From the NCBI RefSeq assembly GCF_036365525.1, contig NC_090389.1:21991033-22055032 (forward strand): 64,000 nt of DNA. Reading direction: 5' to 3'. The notes beneath the pieces were generated by a model that saw nothing but the letters and a program-made list of their open reading frames with translations, did not search any database and was not told where the DNA came from. This document shows positions 26,316 through 38,089 of the stretch, in pieces (the stretch's first letter is position 1; every line of letters begins with the position of its first letter). This stretch comes from Heterodontus francisci. Lineage: Eukaryota. The translations under genes were made by a program, and so were the position numbers.

Positions 26316-29134
26316 AATCATTAATTCTGCTTGGGATATGACAAAACAAGGAGACCATGTTGTTTGCAGATTCCCAGATGAAGATGAAGGAAGTAATCAT
26401 TTAGTATATTAATCATCTTGTGCTCATGCTCAGTTTCAGACCCATCTACAGCTTTTAGGGTACTCACCCCTCCTGTTATAGCAGTGAAATAATCTATTAG
26501 TATGTTTTGCATCTGAGGATACACTTTTCTCAAGACCCCTTTTTGCAATTCTCACTGACCTTTTGTACGTGCTTTGTATGTTCTTATATTTATCCCAACA
26601 AACACTTCTTTCTGCCAGATTTGTGTTCATTCTTTCTCCTTATTGCATTTTTGATTAATTTTTTTTAAACAGTTTAAGGTCACATCTGTCCATATTTCGT
26701 ATGTATTTATCGTGCATGAATAGCATTATACCTTTCAAGGAGTTTCATTTGTTCTCTACTGAAGTGTTGTTAATTCATCACTTGCCATTATAAGTGTCAA
26801 ACCATTAGTACATCACCTGAGTGTTGCAGAGGGCAAAATTATCTTTGCACACACAGCACGCGTTTGGAAGGGCAAAATCTATGATTCTCCTGATGGATGG
26901 TTTACTGGAATCCTAGCAACAACACTGGATATTTGAAGAACACCATTTGTTTTTATGGAAAATTAGAAAGTAAATCCAGCTTTCCAAACAGAGATAAAGT
27001 AATCCTCTCATTTCGCAACAAAGTCGATGTGAGTGATCATTTTGTACTCCCAGTGAAGTAACCCTGATGATCAAAAGAGAAAGCTAGCTCTGCAATTTTA
27101 ACTAATGTATAATCATTAAAATATCAGGGAGCTGGAGAGTACAGAATGACCACTTCATTCACATTGACTCTGTCACACTTCAACCTGTTTGCTTAATAAT
27201 TAAAGGTGCTTCTAAATAATCATATAGGGGTGGGGGGAGGGGGGGGGGGGGTGGGGGGGGGGGGGGAGGGGTCCGAAAGGTGAACCACTCAAACAGAAAC
27301 CTGTGACATTCTTGCTGTTCCCCCTCACGCCTCCATTGAAGTTACTTCCCACCCCGCTGCTAATCAAGGGATGTTGAAGATTTCAGCCAGCAGCTCACAA
27401 AAGCCAACAAACTTATCACTGATGCAGGATCCTTCAAATAAAGAATTGCTTCTGTCTGCAAGAGCACTACACTCTTTGAATGGAACATTACTCTGCAGTA
27501 TTTGAATCAAGCTATTTTTAAAAGTTTGCCACAGATATTTTCACTTCCCACTTTCCTATTGGTCAGGTCAGCTAGTGGGCTGTATAAATCAACAGGACCC
27601 TGGATTGGATCTCTGGTCTGTACTCAGTTAAGCTCATCTCAGTCAAGGAGGTGGGGGAGAGCATTCCCAGCTTAGAGAGGGCAAAGAACAAAATATATTT
27701 AAATCATTCAGAGCTCCCATTCACGACCAGTATCCAGTGACCCTCATTCTGGATGGACATATCTGTGCACTGTGGGTGACAGATAGTCGGATCTAACTCC
27801 AACGTAGTGACCCCACCACAGGTCATGTTGCCCACTGCTATTCACTCTCCAGGTTCATTTAAGAATGGCCATTTCAGAACGATAAAACACAGCCACAACT
27901 GCCAACGTGAGTGATCACCCTGAGTAATTTGGGAGTGTAGGAAGAAAAATCAGAAGGGAAAAAAACTGCAGGCCAAAATATCAATAATGGAAACAATTTG
28001 GTAATGAGTTGGGGAAAATAGCAGCCGAACGCCCAACTGAAAAATTGTTTTTAACTGATCTGGGGGAATGGAGATGAGGCAGTCTGCCAAGGAAAGTGGG
28101 AGTGCAAGATGGAATGAAACAAAAATAAATCAGTTCAAATAAATCACTCTGTGGCATTCTCAAATCATTCCCAGGCTCCAGTTACACAGCTACAGCGCAG
28201 TGGCTGAGGAGCAAGTGCAATGCCCACTTCCTCAGTCAAGAAACATGGTGTAGTGATGGAAAGAGTAGACTACATTATAAAACACTTGATTCAGCCCTCT
28301 GGTGCAATGTAGATGGAGCCAACAGCCTGGTAGTGTTATTAGAGAGAAATGTATCACTTATAAATCTGGTTTCACTGCGATTCCCCATTTACCTGATTAC
28401 TTCCAGTCATCAGCATGATTCATGGGCCCCAAAGGATGAGGCTTTCTGTTGCTACACTCCTAAGACAGCAGTGATTTAACTATGCCTCTCTCGGCATCAT
28501 AGAATCGTACAACACAGAAGGAGATCATTTGGCCCATCATGCTTTTGCCAGCTCTTTCAAAGAGCAAGCAATACGTCCCACTCTCCTGCCCTTTCCATAT
28601 AGCCCATAACTCTGCAACAAAAGCTGTGTCTCATGATTCCCATCCAACCACAATCTGACACTTGCATCCAGAGCCTCGCTGGTATCCCCAGCCAGACCAG
28701 GGCCTTGCTGGCATCCCCAAATAGACATTAACTGACTCCTGCTGGCAACCTCCAACCTGACCCTAATTCTCATTGATAGCTATTATTTGGTGTGGTAGGA
28801 GCTGATCTGCATTAGTTTTATCCAATAGCTTATTCTTACTAAGATACAACATATTACTGTGAATAGCTTGCCTTTCTGTAGCGCTCCTCAAATTAAAAAG
28901 GTCTCAAATCAGTTTACACAAAGGGCATTTGGAGAAAGTTGAACAGTAGAATAAACCTACTTCGGAAGTTGGCGGTAAACAAGGTAAAAGAGTAGGATTT
29001 CTTTTTAGAAGGCTTTATAACAGGAAGGTAGGTAGGAAGGTGGTCAAATATAGAGGAAGCATTCCATAGGGCAGAAATGTAATAAGTGACAAAGCAATCA
29101 CTGAGGATGGAGCCAGGAGGACAGAGAATACATA

Positions 29135-29360
29135 ATGCAGAAATAAAAACAAAGTGCTGGAAATACTCAGCAGGTCTGGCAGCATGTGTGGAGAGAAGAA
29201 CAGAGCTAACATTTCAGGTTTGTGACATTTCATCAGTTTCGAAAGGTCACAGACCTCAAACATTAACTCTGTTTCTCGCCACACAGATGCTGCCAGAGCT
29301 CAGTATTTCCAGCACTTTGTTTTTATTTTAGATTTCCAGCATCCGCAGTATTTTTCTTTT
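29135..29360. mobile_element. Palindromic Penelope-like terminal element
   Basis: Inverted arms AAATAAAAACAAAGTGCTGGAAATACT / AGTATTTCCAGCACTTTGTTTTTATTT. Confidence 0.65.
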
Positions 29361-29365
29361 ATAAT

Positions 29366-30166
29366 GCAGCATAGTGGTTACGTTACTGGACTAGAAAACC
29401 AGATGCCTGGACTAATAATCTGGAGACATGAGCTTGAATCCCTCCTGGGCAGCTGGGAATTTAAATTCAGTTAATTAAATAAATCAGAGATAGAAAGCTC
29501 GTACCAATAAAGAGGACCATGTAACAACCAAATTTCAAAAACCCAACTGGTTCATACTAGTGTCATTTATTTTATTTAGAGATACAGCACTGAAACAGGC
29601 CCTTCGGCCCACCGAGTCTGTGCCGACCAACAACCACCCATTTATACTAACCCTACATTAATCCCATATTCTCTACCACATCCCCACCATTCTCCTACCA
29701 CTTACCTACACTAGGGGCAATTTACAATGGCCAATTTACCTGTCAACCTGCAAGTCTTTTGGAGGTGGGAGGAAACCGGAGCACCTGGCGGAAACCCACG
29801 CAGACACAGGGAGAACTTGCAAACTCCACACAGGCAGTCCCCAGAACTGAACCCGGGTCGCTGGAGCTGTGAGGCTGCGGTGCTAACCACTGCGCCACTG
29901 TGCCGCCCGGGAAGGAAACCTGCTGTACCTACTTGGTCTGTCTACATCTGACTCCAGACCCACATGAACGCGATTGACTCTTAACTTCCCTCCAAAATGA
30001 CCTAGCAAGCCATTCAGTTGCATCAAAACCTCTACGACAAACCGCAATCCACACAAACTGCTGCAATTCAAAAAGGCAGTTGACTACCACCTTCTCAAGG
30101 ACAATTAGGGATGGGCAATAAATGCTGGCCTAGCCAGCGAAGCCCACATCCGGTGAATCAATAAAA
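29366..30166 (+). mobile_element. tRNA-derived SINE with LINE tail, interrupted by a V-SINE
   Basis: Head GCATAGTGGTTACGTTACTGGACTAG and tail CACCTTCTCAAGGACAATTAGGGATGGGCAATAAATGCTGGCC. Confidence 0.6.
29566..29908 (-). mobile_element. HE1-like V-SINE
   Basis: Same family as 14561-14918. Confidence 0.88.
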
Positions 30167-33100
30167 AACACAAACCGGTGTCGGAGAAGCAGCAAGTGCA
30201 TGTAGAGATGCAAGACTGAGCAGACACCAGTTGGGATAAAGCCACGAAATTGAGGACAGTAATCTTAAAATTACCTGGGGACAAGGAGTTTGGCAGGACT
30301 AGGGATGTTGGAAATCTGGGACAGGATCCGAGCTACAGAATTCTTATTTAAGTGAGAGCTAATAGAGAATGGAAATCAGGAAGCGAGCAACAAGACGGGA
30401 GAAACTGAGATGAGAAAGATATAGATTTGAGTATTAGCTGCAGGGATTGGGGAAAGGGCAAGCAATGCTTCAGAGGGACAACACTGGCAACAGATTAGAT
30501 GTAAGGAAGTTTTGCTCAGGTTAAAACTGCCATGCCACCAGGTTTAGCCTAAGGTTATGAACCAGGGAAATTGATGGATCTAAGGCCAAAAGCACATAGG
30601 TGCTGGACTGAGCCAAAAACAACAGCAGTCAGCTTGACAAACATTCAGCTGGATGGACATTCAGCTGAAGGAACTTTTAATATATCAGCACTTTAAATCA
30701 AATAGGCAGCTTGCTCTTGCCTTACAACGAAATGTGAAATGCAGTAAGAGAGTATAGAACATACTTTGGCTTTCATTTATTCTAAAAATACGCTAATTCC
30801 AATAAACCCAATTAACTCAAACTCCCAGGCTGCCAGGTATCATAACTTTGTTCTACAAATAAAGGCATACGCTGGAGAAAATTTCTCCACAATGCCAGGA
30901 GTAGGAGTTCCTTTGAAATAACATGCCACTCAACACTGGCAGGTCAGCAACTGGGCATTTGCTCACCTGGCTGAACAAATGCTGACAAGTCTAAAGAGCA
31001 AGCAGAATGCTTTAATGGCAACCGGCTTTTCATTAGGAAAGTTCAGAGACAAGTTTATTTAATTCACAGATTCATTATATACAGCAATGTCACTGGCTCT
31101 TAAAAATGCACTCTGAAATGGCCTAGCAAGCCACTCAGTTCAAGGGCAATTAGGGAAGGGCAATAAATGCTGGCCTAGTCAGCGACGCCCACATCCCACA
31201 AATGAATTAAAAAAATAAACCATCAATACATTATATTTAGAAATAAAAAGTGCTCAATGGAAAATAGGGGCTGGGACAATGCAAGGTTATATTCCTCATT
31301 TGCCATTAGGGATTTCTTTGAGAGATGGAAAATACATTATAATTTTTTTAATTTTTAAATTGTAATAGTCGCTGAACCTTAAAACATATTTTTGGAATTA
31401 GCAGATAGACATTCTGTGGGACATCAAAAGCAATCGCAGGATTAAATGTGCAAAATTCTGATACTGACATTTACAAAGAAGATGTTGAATTCTACAAGTT
31501 AAAGCCTATCAGTCTGGTTTCTAGATAGTAAGCCATGCAAGGAGCAAAGTGGAGGAGAAGCTGTGTGGAAATGACTTTTAAAATCACTACACAATACAAT
31601 GAAAAAGCAATCCCATATAAGGGATGTGACACAAAGTTAACAGTCTAGTATATTCTGCAGGAGCACAGGCTTGCAGTGCCTTCAAACAGCTGTGTGACTC
31701 ATGCTCTGCTTCACTGCGTAATCCTTTTGCAACAAAATGTTAATTTTCTGAGCTTGTAATTGTTCTCAGGCACCTCATTATCTTCGCCACACAGCTGCTT
31801 ACTGATGCTGCTTGTGAGTTATCTCCAACGAAAGGTGATAAGGTCCCAAACCACAATCCAACCGAGGACGCTACCATATCAGTTCCTCCACATGCATACA
31901 GAATCAAATTACACTGCATGTCCAGGCAAACATAACTCATCACTTGCCAGGCAGCAGAAGATTCACTGGTTGTGAGATGAGTGTACAGACGGTGAGATCT
32001 CTTTTTCTTAGATGGTGGAAAGCTACCATCCTGGGCATGGGGCAACTGAAATAAATCAGCAAACGTCCATCCTGTTGCTCTGATCCAACCAGGTTAACAA
32101 CTCCAGAATTCAGTCTCTATGTGTGGCATGTGATCTATACAGATCACAGGACACCAGGTTCAATCCCAGGTACATGCTGAGTTAGCTGATATCAGTCAAG
32201 ATGGCATAAAGGTACTAGAATTTCCCTCTGGGTTAATGAAAGTTGGGGGGGGGGGGGCATGGGGGCAGGCGGGCAGGAGGCAAAAACCAAGGGTCTCAAC
32301 CCCCCGATCCAGCAAATACATTCCCACAGAAACAAAATGTCATCAACCTCAACTCCCACCCACCCAATAGAATAAGCTGATGATCTAGAATGGCCAGATG
32401 AGGTACAAGGAAGCTGCTAGAGCCTCTGGAACCATGCACCAACAGGAGAGGAAGGGAGAAAATGGGGAAAACACCCAAAAACATGCAATTGCATGAGTCG
32501 TAAAAAGAAAAGCTGGTAACGCTGAAACACAAATAAAAATAAAAATGCTGGAAATACACAGCAGGTCTATTGAAATCTGAAACGGGAAAGACTGATTATT
32601 TCAGAGACCCCCTAATTCGCACAACATCATCAAACATCAACTTGCCTCTTCCAGATCCTGAAAACCCTCATTTGTTTTACCTTTCCAGATTACATGGCTG
32701 CAGGGGTTTGGGGTAGGAAGTGTCTAGTCATGATGCTCCGAGGGACATGGGGCAGCCGAATGGACCAGCTGGTCTTGCCCTACCCATCAATTTTGTAAGT
32801 TTGTATTTCCAGCTTTTATTTTTACATGAGTCAGTATCCTCTGCTGATAGCATGAAATACCAAGGCATGCTGTTTGGTTCAGGTCCTCCTGCAGATCATG
32901 TACAGCCTCTTTACTTCCCCATTTATATACAGCAGAGAAACTGCCAGCCAAGCAATACATGCTGTAATTGCTGGTACCAGGCAACATGTTCCATTGCCTG
33001 CCTGTGACATTAAAAATGCTGAACTCTCCACTCACAGCAGCAACACAGGAGAAGTGCTGCACAAATCATCTGGGCCTAATAACCCCAGAAACACTGGGAA

Positions 33101-33551
33101 CGGATATGGAACTGTGAAACACCAAGTGACATTTATCTACATTGAAGACGGTATATAAATGCAAGCTGCGTTGTTGAGACAATTCAACAGAATATAATTC
33201 CTCTTCAAACTTACTGTAATGATAAACTACAGTCACCAATATGAATTTCCCATGTACTCATTTTTCATAATGTAACAGCACTGTCACTAGGCTCTTATTA
33301 GTGACAATGCTACAGGAAAATTGCATTTAATCCAATTCACTGTAATGTTGCGTTTTCTCACATTTCACCTCTAGTTATCATCGCCTGTGGAAGACTTGTA
33401 AGCACCAGTACATAACACAGCATGAGAGCGCGCAAAACCTTCTCTTTGTGCATGTCCCTCATTACATCTTACTGAAATCCTATTGACAACACTGCACTGG
33501 TTAAAAAGTTTCAGGTTTGTGCATTATGAGCATTGCAATTGGAATACTTAC

Positions 33552-33633
33552 AATTATGTGAACAGCGAGGGATCATCATTGCAATGTTGAAGTATTCAAA
33601 ACAAATGCCACAGCGCAGGAGGTCATCCATGGG
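33552..33633 (-). CDS. RAD18: RAD18 exon 2, N-terminal half of the C3HC4 RING finger (E3 ubiquitin ligase)
   Basis: Acceptor TTTGTTCCTGTTCCAG|, 82 nt translating PMDDLLRCGICFEYFNIAMMIPRCSHN, donor ATT|GTAAGT. Near-identical to human TIDDLLRCGICFEYFNIAMIIPQCSHN (from memory). Confidence 0.95.
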
Positions 33634-34364
33634 CTGGAACAGGAACAAAGCACTTTAAACCAAAACTGGAAGTATATTACACACTCAGTAAGCACATCTC
33701 CAAGGAGCACGTTCCATATTTCATAGAGTTGACATCTTGACCGAGAATATACTACTGAAGAAAAATATTACATAGGAACATTCCCAAAACCACTCAATTG
33801 TGGACCTATGGTGTTTAGATATACAGTATTTGCACCAATTTACTATTTCACTTAACTTACCAAGAACAGAAGACAGGTGCTGTAAATGTATAGCCCACTC
33901 ATGTGGCTAAACGTAACACATTCACAAAGAACCTCAGGATGTCCCAAAGCACTCTACAGCCGATGAAACACTTATCTGAACTGTAGTTACCGTTATGTAG
34001 GAAAACACAGCAAAGTCTTACAAACAGCAGTGTGATAATGAGCAGATAATCTGCTTTAGTGTTAATGGTTGAGGGATGACTATTGACCAGGACACCAGGG
34101 AAAACTCCCCTACTTCTCTTCAAATCGTCTCATGGGATCTTTTACGTCCACTACATGGGGCAGACAGGGCCTCAATTTAACCTCTCATCCGAATGCACCT
34201 CCGATAGTGCAGCACTCTTAGTAGTGGATTGGTAGGTGACTAAAACGGACTGGCAAACTTATATTACAACAGTGACTACACTTCAAAAGAACTTCATTGG
34301 ATGGAAAGCACGTTAAGACGTCCAGTGGTCATGAAAGACTCAAGTGCAAGTCCTTTTTTTCTTA

Positions 34365-34556
34365 CACAAGAAATGCTGGAACCACTCAGCAGGTCTGGCA
34401 GCATCTGTGGAAAGAGAAGCAGAGTTAACGTTTCGGGTCAGCGACCCTTCTTCGGAACTGCTTCTCTTTCCACAGATGCTGCCAGACCTGCTGAGTGATT
34501 CCAGCATTTCTTGTTTTTGTTCCAGATTTCCAGCATCCGCAGTATTTTGCTTTTAT
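34365..34556. mobile_element. Palindromic Penelope-like terminal element in RAD18 intron 1
   Basis: ~56-bp inverted arms (34367-34422 and 34458-34514) around a hammerhead-like core. Confidence 0.7.
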
Positions 34557-34964
34557 TCCTTTTTTTCTTATCTGTGTGTTTTTTTACTTTATTTATTGAA
34601 AACTTTTTTAGCTTTAATCTTAATGTCACTAATCTTAGAACTGTCAATATTGCAGGAGCATTGCTCAGTGTCACAGAATACATTGCTTTATAACAAAAAT
34701 TTTATCAGCAGTGTGATGGGGAAAGTGTTGCAGAAAAGGCCTGCTACATGCAAGGTTTATACTATGACACTTCTCTGTCCCTTTCGCACGCTTCTCTCTC
34801 CTTCATCCCTCTTTCTGGTACATGCATCTATTTTTTTTTTTTAAAAAGAGATTCATCTGTCTGGCTTTCTCTCTCTTATACATATCACTAACTCCTGTGT
34901 TCGCCTCTCTCTCTCTCTCTCGTATGTCTGCGTGTCTCCCTACATCTGTGTGAGCTCATGCTAC

Positions 34965-36065
34965 TTATGACCAACATTGGCTCCCAGTTAATTAACAGCT
35001 TGATTTTAAAATTCTCATCATTATTTTCAAAACCATCACCTCCCCCCCCCCCCCACCAATGACCTTCATCACTCCGTATCTCTGTAATCTCCTCCAGCCC
35101 CACACCCTCCAACATATCTGCACTCCTCGAATTCTGGCCTCTGGCACATCCCCAATTTTAATTGCTCCACCACTGATGGCCATGCCTTCAGCTGCATAGG
35201 CCCTAAGCTCCGGAATTCTCTCCCTAAACCACTCCACCTCTCTACCTCGCTTTGCTCTTTAAGACCGGCAAGCTTTATTCTCCAGAATTTCCAAAATCTC
35301 CCAAAGTTTTCCTGGGCTGAGTTTTCCTGAATGCACTCTCGCGTGTATTACAGGTATATTGGTGCACCAAACCCGAAGGAGTAAGGGAAAATTAAAAATC
35401 GGCTTTCCCAATGCCGGGCCCTGGGCACCCTTCGCTCCTCCAGCCATAACTTCAGGAAGGAAGGTCCGAACTCCATATGGACAACGGCAGGTGATAGGGC
35501 TCGGTGAGGCATGGCGGACAGTGCCAGTGCCCCGTGGCTGCACCTCTGCCCGGCCAAATGGCAACAGGGAAGGCAGAAATCACTTTCCATCTCTTGAATC
35601 CGCAAGGCAGAGGCCAACCTTCTCCATGCGTCCATTGTGGTAGTGGGACTCAAGGGGCATCTAACAGTACCAGAACCAACCCAGTCGGAAACTGGGAAGC
35701 CGGTTGGGAGACTTCTCAACCTATCAGGTTGGACCACCAAAAATCGCAGGAATTAAGGCTGCCATCAGCGGGTGGAAATGCTACCTTGCCTCAGTGACCA
35801 GTTCTCCATTAACTATAATGGGTTCTTGGTCCCAGCAGTCAGACACATTTTGTTCCAGAGTTCCACGTATAACTCAATTAACCGGAATTTTTGATTATCT
35901 GGCACCTCTCAGGTCCAGCTCATGCCGGTTAACAAAGCTTCTACAGTACTTGGTTATCTGCCCCAATATCTCTTGCTGCTTTGTGTCAAATTTTGCTCTA
36001 TAAAGCTCCTGTGAAGCGCCTTGGGACATTTTATTACATTAAAGGCACTATAAAATGCAAGTTGT
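34965..36065 (+). mobile_element. L2 3' end interrupted by a Tigger-like DNA element (~35260-35948)
   Basis: L2 tail motifs on both sides. The insert ends ACCGGAATTTTTGATTATCTGGCACC...CTTCTACAG|TA. Confidence 0.5.
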
Positions 36066-37244
36066 ACTCTGGATAAAAAAACTTCCTGCACAGTTACGCA
36101 CTGCTTTTCTTTGGATAATTCTCTTTTTTAAGTTAATACATGTGTCCTCAAGGGTTTGACTTTTCAGGGAGTCCCTGGGAATGATCCAGTATTTGCTGAG
36201 GCTGCCTGGGAATGTCAATTATTTGCTGCAGCTTCCCCATGCAGGAAATGTTTGATCTCAACCTTGCCTAGTCAATAGATACTCTAGAACTAATGAAAAA
36301 GTAGTTATCTACTAGGACAGGTTAGAATCACTGAATGGTTGCAGCACAAAAGGAGGGCAATCGGCCCGTCGTGTCTGTGCCAGTCATCTGCAGGAGCAAC
36401 TCAGCTCATCCCACTTCCCCACCCCTTCCCTATAGCCCTGCAAATGTTTTCTCTTCAGGTGCTTATCCAATTCCCTTTTGAATGCCACGATTGAATCTGT
36501 ATCCACCACACTGTCCGGAAGTGCATTCCAGATTCTAACCATTCACTGCACAAGAGTGTGGTGGATGCAGATGGTGAATCTCGCCATTGGTTCTTCTGCC
36601 AATCACCTTGAATCAGTGTCCTCCCATTCTCAATCCTTTCACGAGTGGCAACAGTTTCTCTCTATCTACTCTGTCTAAACCGCTCATGATTTTGAACGTC
36701 TCTATCAAACACCAGTACAGACTGGTTCAGCTGAGTGGTCTGTTTACATTGTAATTTCCATGTTAAATCAAAGCATGCTCAAAAATCTTGACAGGTTTGA
36801 TGTACAAGTTTCAATATTATAGATAGATATAGAGTTATACATGCATAGATATATTTACAGAGTTGATTTAAAAACCAGAGTTTGGCAATTCACTTTGTAC
36901 TTATCAGGGGACCAGGTACTTATCCTGTGAAACCTTTCGGAACTAGTTTTAGATGTGCATTTATGCAAAGGCAGTACAACATGGCTGTCACAGCAGTTGG
37001 ACTCCCAAATACACAAAAGCCAGCAGGTGCAAGACCAGCCCTATGACTTATGTTTTGCACTGTTTGAACATTGCAGTGGCAAGCCACCAAACTGCACCCA
37101 CAGTTAATTAGATCTAACCTTGCCCATTTAATGTCGATGATTATTTTCCGTTTCAAGTGCGAGATGGAAACAGTGTAGTTTCCACTACTGAGACCTGAGT
37201 GAACAGGGCAAGTCATTATCTATCTCCTTAACCTAACCTCTGCT

Positions 37245-37862
37245 CTCCCCCTCTACCCTCCACTATCCCTCTACTCTATCCTCCACTCCCCCCTCGACAC
37301 TCCCACTCTCCCCCCTCGACACTCCCACTCTCCCCCCTCGACACTCCCACTCTCCCCCTCGACACTCCCACTCTCCCCCCTCGACACTCCCACTCTCCCC
37401 CCTCGACACTCCCACTCTCCCCCCTCGACACTCCCACTCTCCCCCCTCGACACTCCCACTCTCCCCCCTCGACACTCCCACTCTCCCCCTCGACACTCCC
37501 ACTCTCCCCCCTCTACACTCCCACTCTCCCCCCTCTACACTCCCACTCTACCCTCCACTCTCCCCCCTCTACACTCCACTCTCCCCTCTCCCCCCTCCCC
37601 CCTCCCCCCTCTACACTCCACTCTCCCCTCCACTCTCCCCTCTACACTCCCACTCTCCCCCCTCTACACTCCACTCTCCCCTCTCCCCCCTCTACACTCC
37701 ACTCTCCCCTCCACTCTCCCCTCTCCCCCCTCTACACTCCACTCTCCCCCTCTACCCTCCACTCTCCCCCTCTACTCTCCCCCTCTACTCTCCCCCTCTA
37801 CACTCCCACTCTCCCCCCTCTACACTCCACTCTACCCTCCACTCTCCCCCTCTCCCCTCCAC
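37245..37862. repeat. C/T-rich tandem array (~24-bp CACTCCCACTCTCCCCCCTCGA) at the start of RAD18 intron 1
   Basis: Direct tandem periodicity that degenerates toward exon 1. Confidence 0.95.
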
Positions 37863-37872
37863 TCTTCCTTAC

Positions 37873-37923
37873 CCCAAGGTACCGCTCCCGGTTCTCCTGT
37901 TGCCACATTCTCCCGGATTCCAT
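37873..37923 (-). CDS. RAD18: RAD18 coding exon 1 (MESGRMWQQENRERYLG)
   Basis: ATG at 37923 and 17 open codons, ending in a GGG|GTAAGG donor (phase 0). It joins in frame to exon 2. The 51-nt size matches my recollection of human RAD18 coding exon 1. CpG-rich context. Confidence 0.85.
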
Positions 37924-38089
37924 GCAAACAGCGCGCGCTTAGCACAACCGGATCTACGTCACAACCAGCTGAGCAGGCGTCATCCGGTCGGTTTGGCGGC
38001 TGTTCCTGACTTACCCGGAGTGCATTCAGTGGCACTGTACCCGACCCCGGGCCTATTCCACCCAGCCCAAGCCCACTGCGCCGCCCGCA
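37924..38089 (-). promoter_or_regulatory. RAD18 5'UTR / CpG-rich core promoter
   Basis: CpG-dense unique sequence upstream of the ATG. Contains an E2F-like TTTGGCGG (~37992), a CRE-like CTACGTCA (~37954) and ETS-like CCGGAT motifs. Confidence 0.6.

Larger units (their letters stand above)
21850..26316 (-). mobile_element. Near full-length CR1 LINE
   Basis: 5'UTR, ORF1, ORF2 and a 3' tail (GGGCCGAAGGGCCTGTTCCTGTGCTGTAA, then TTCTTTG repeats) are all present in order. Confidence 0.95.
20830..26700 (-). mobile_element. Old CR1 split by the younger CR1 (pieces ~20830-21849 and ~26317-26700)
   Basis: Degenerate RT motifs on the left piece (TCAAATGCCTTT, GGGCACCC) and KRSVRIAKRGLEK (ORF 26436-26630) on the right piece. 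Confidence 0.5.

Noticed and set aside
31585-31647. YC*LCV resembling RAD18 exon 3 (YCSLCI)
   Set aside because: In-frame stop, poor acceptor and no RKFLSYKTQCPTC. Exon 3 was not found in the window.
26817-32046. Open AG/GT-bounded minus-strand segments (~26817-26912, ~30871-30990, ~31803-32046)
   Set aside because: No similarity to RAD18 or any protein I recognise, and their open frames are not phase-compatible with exon 2.
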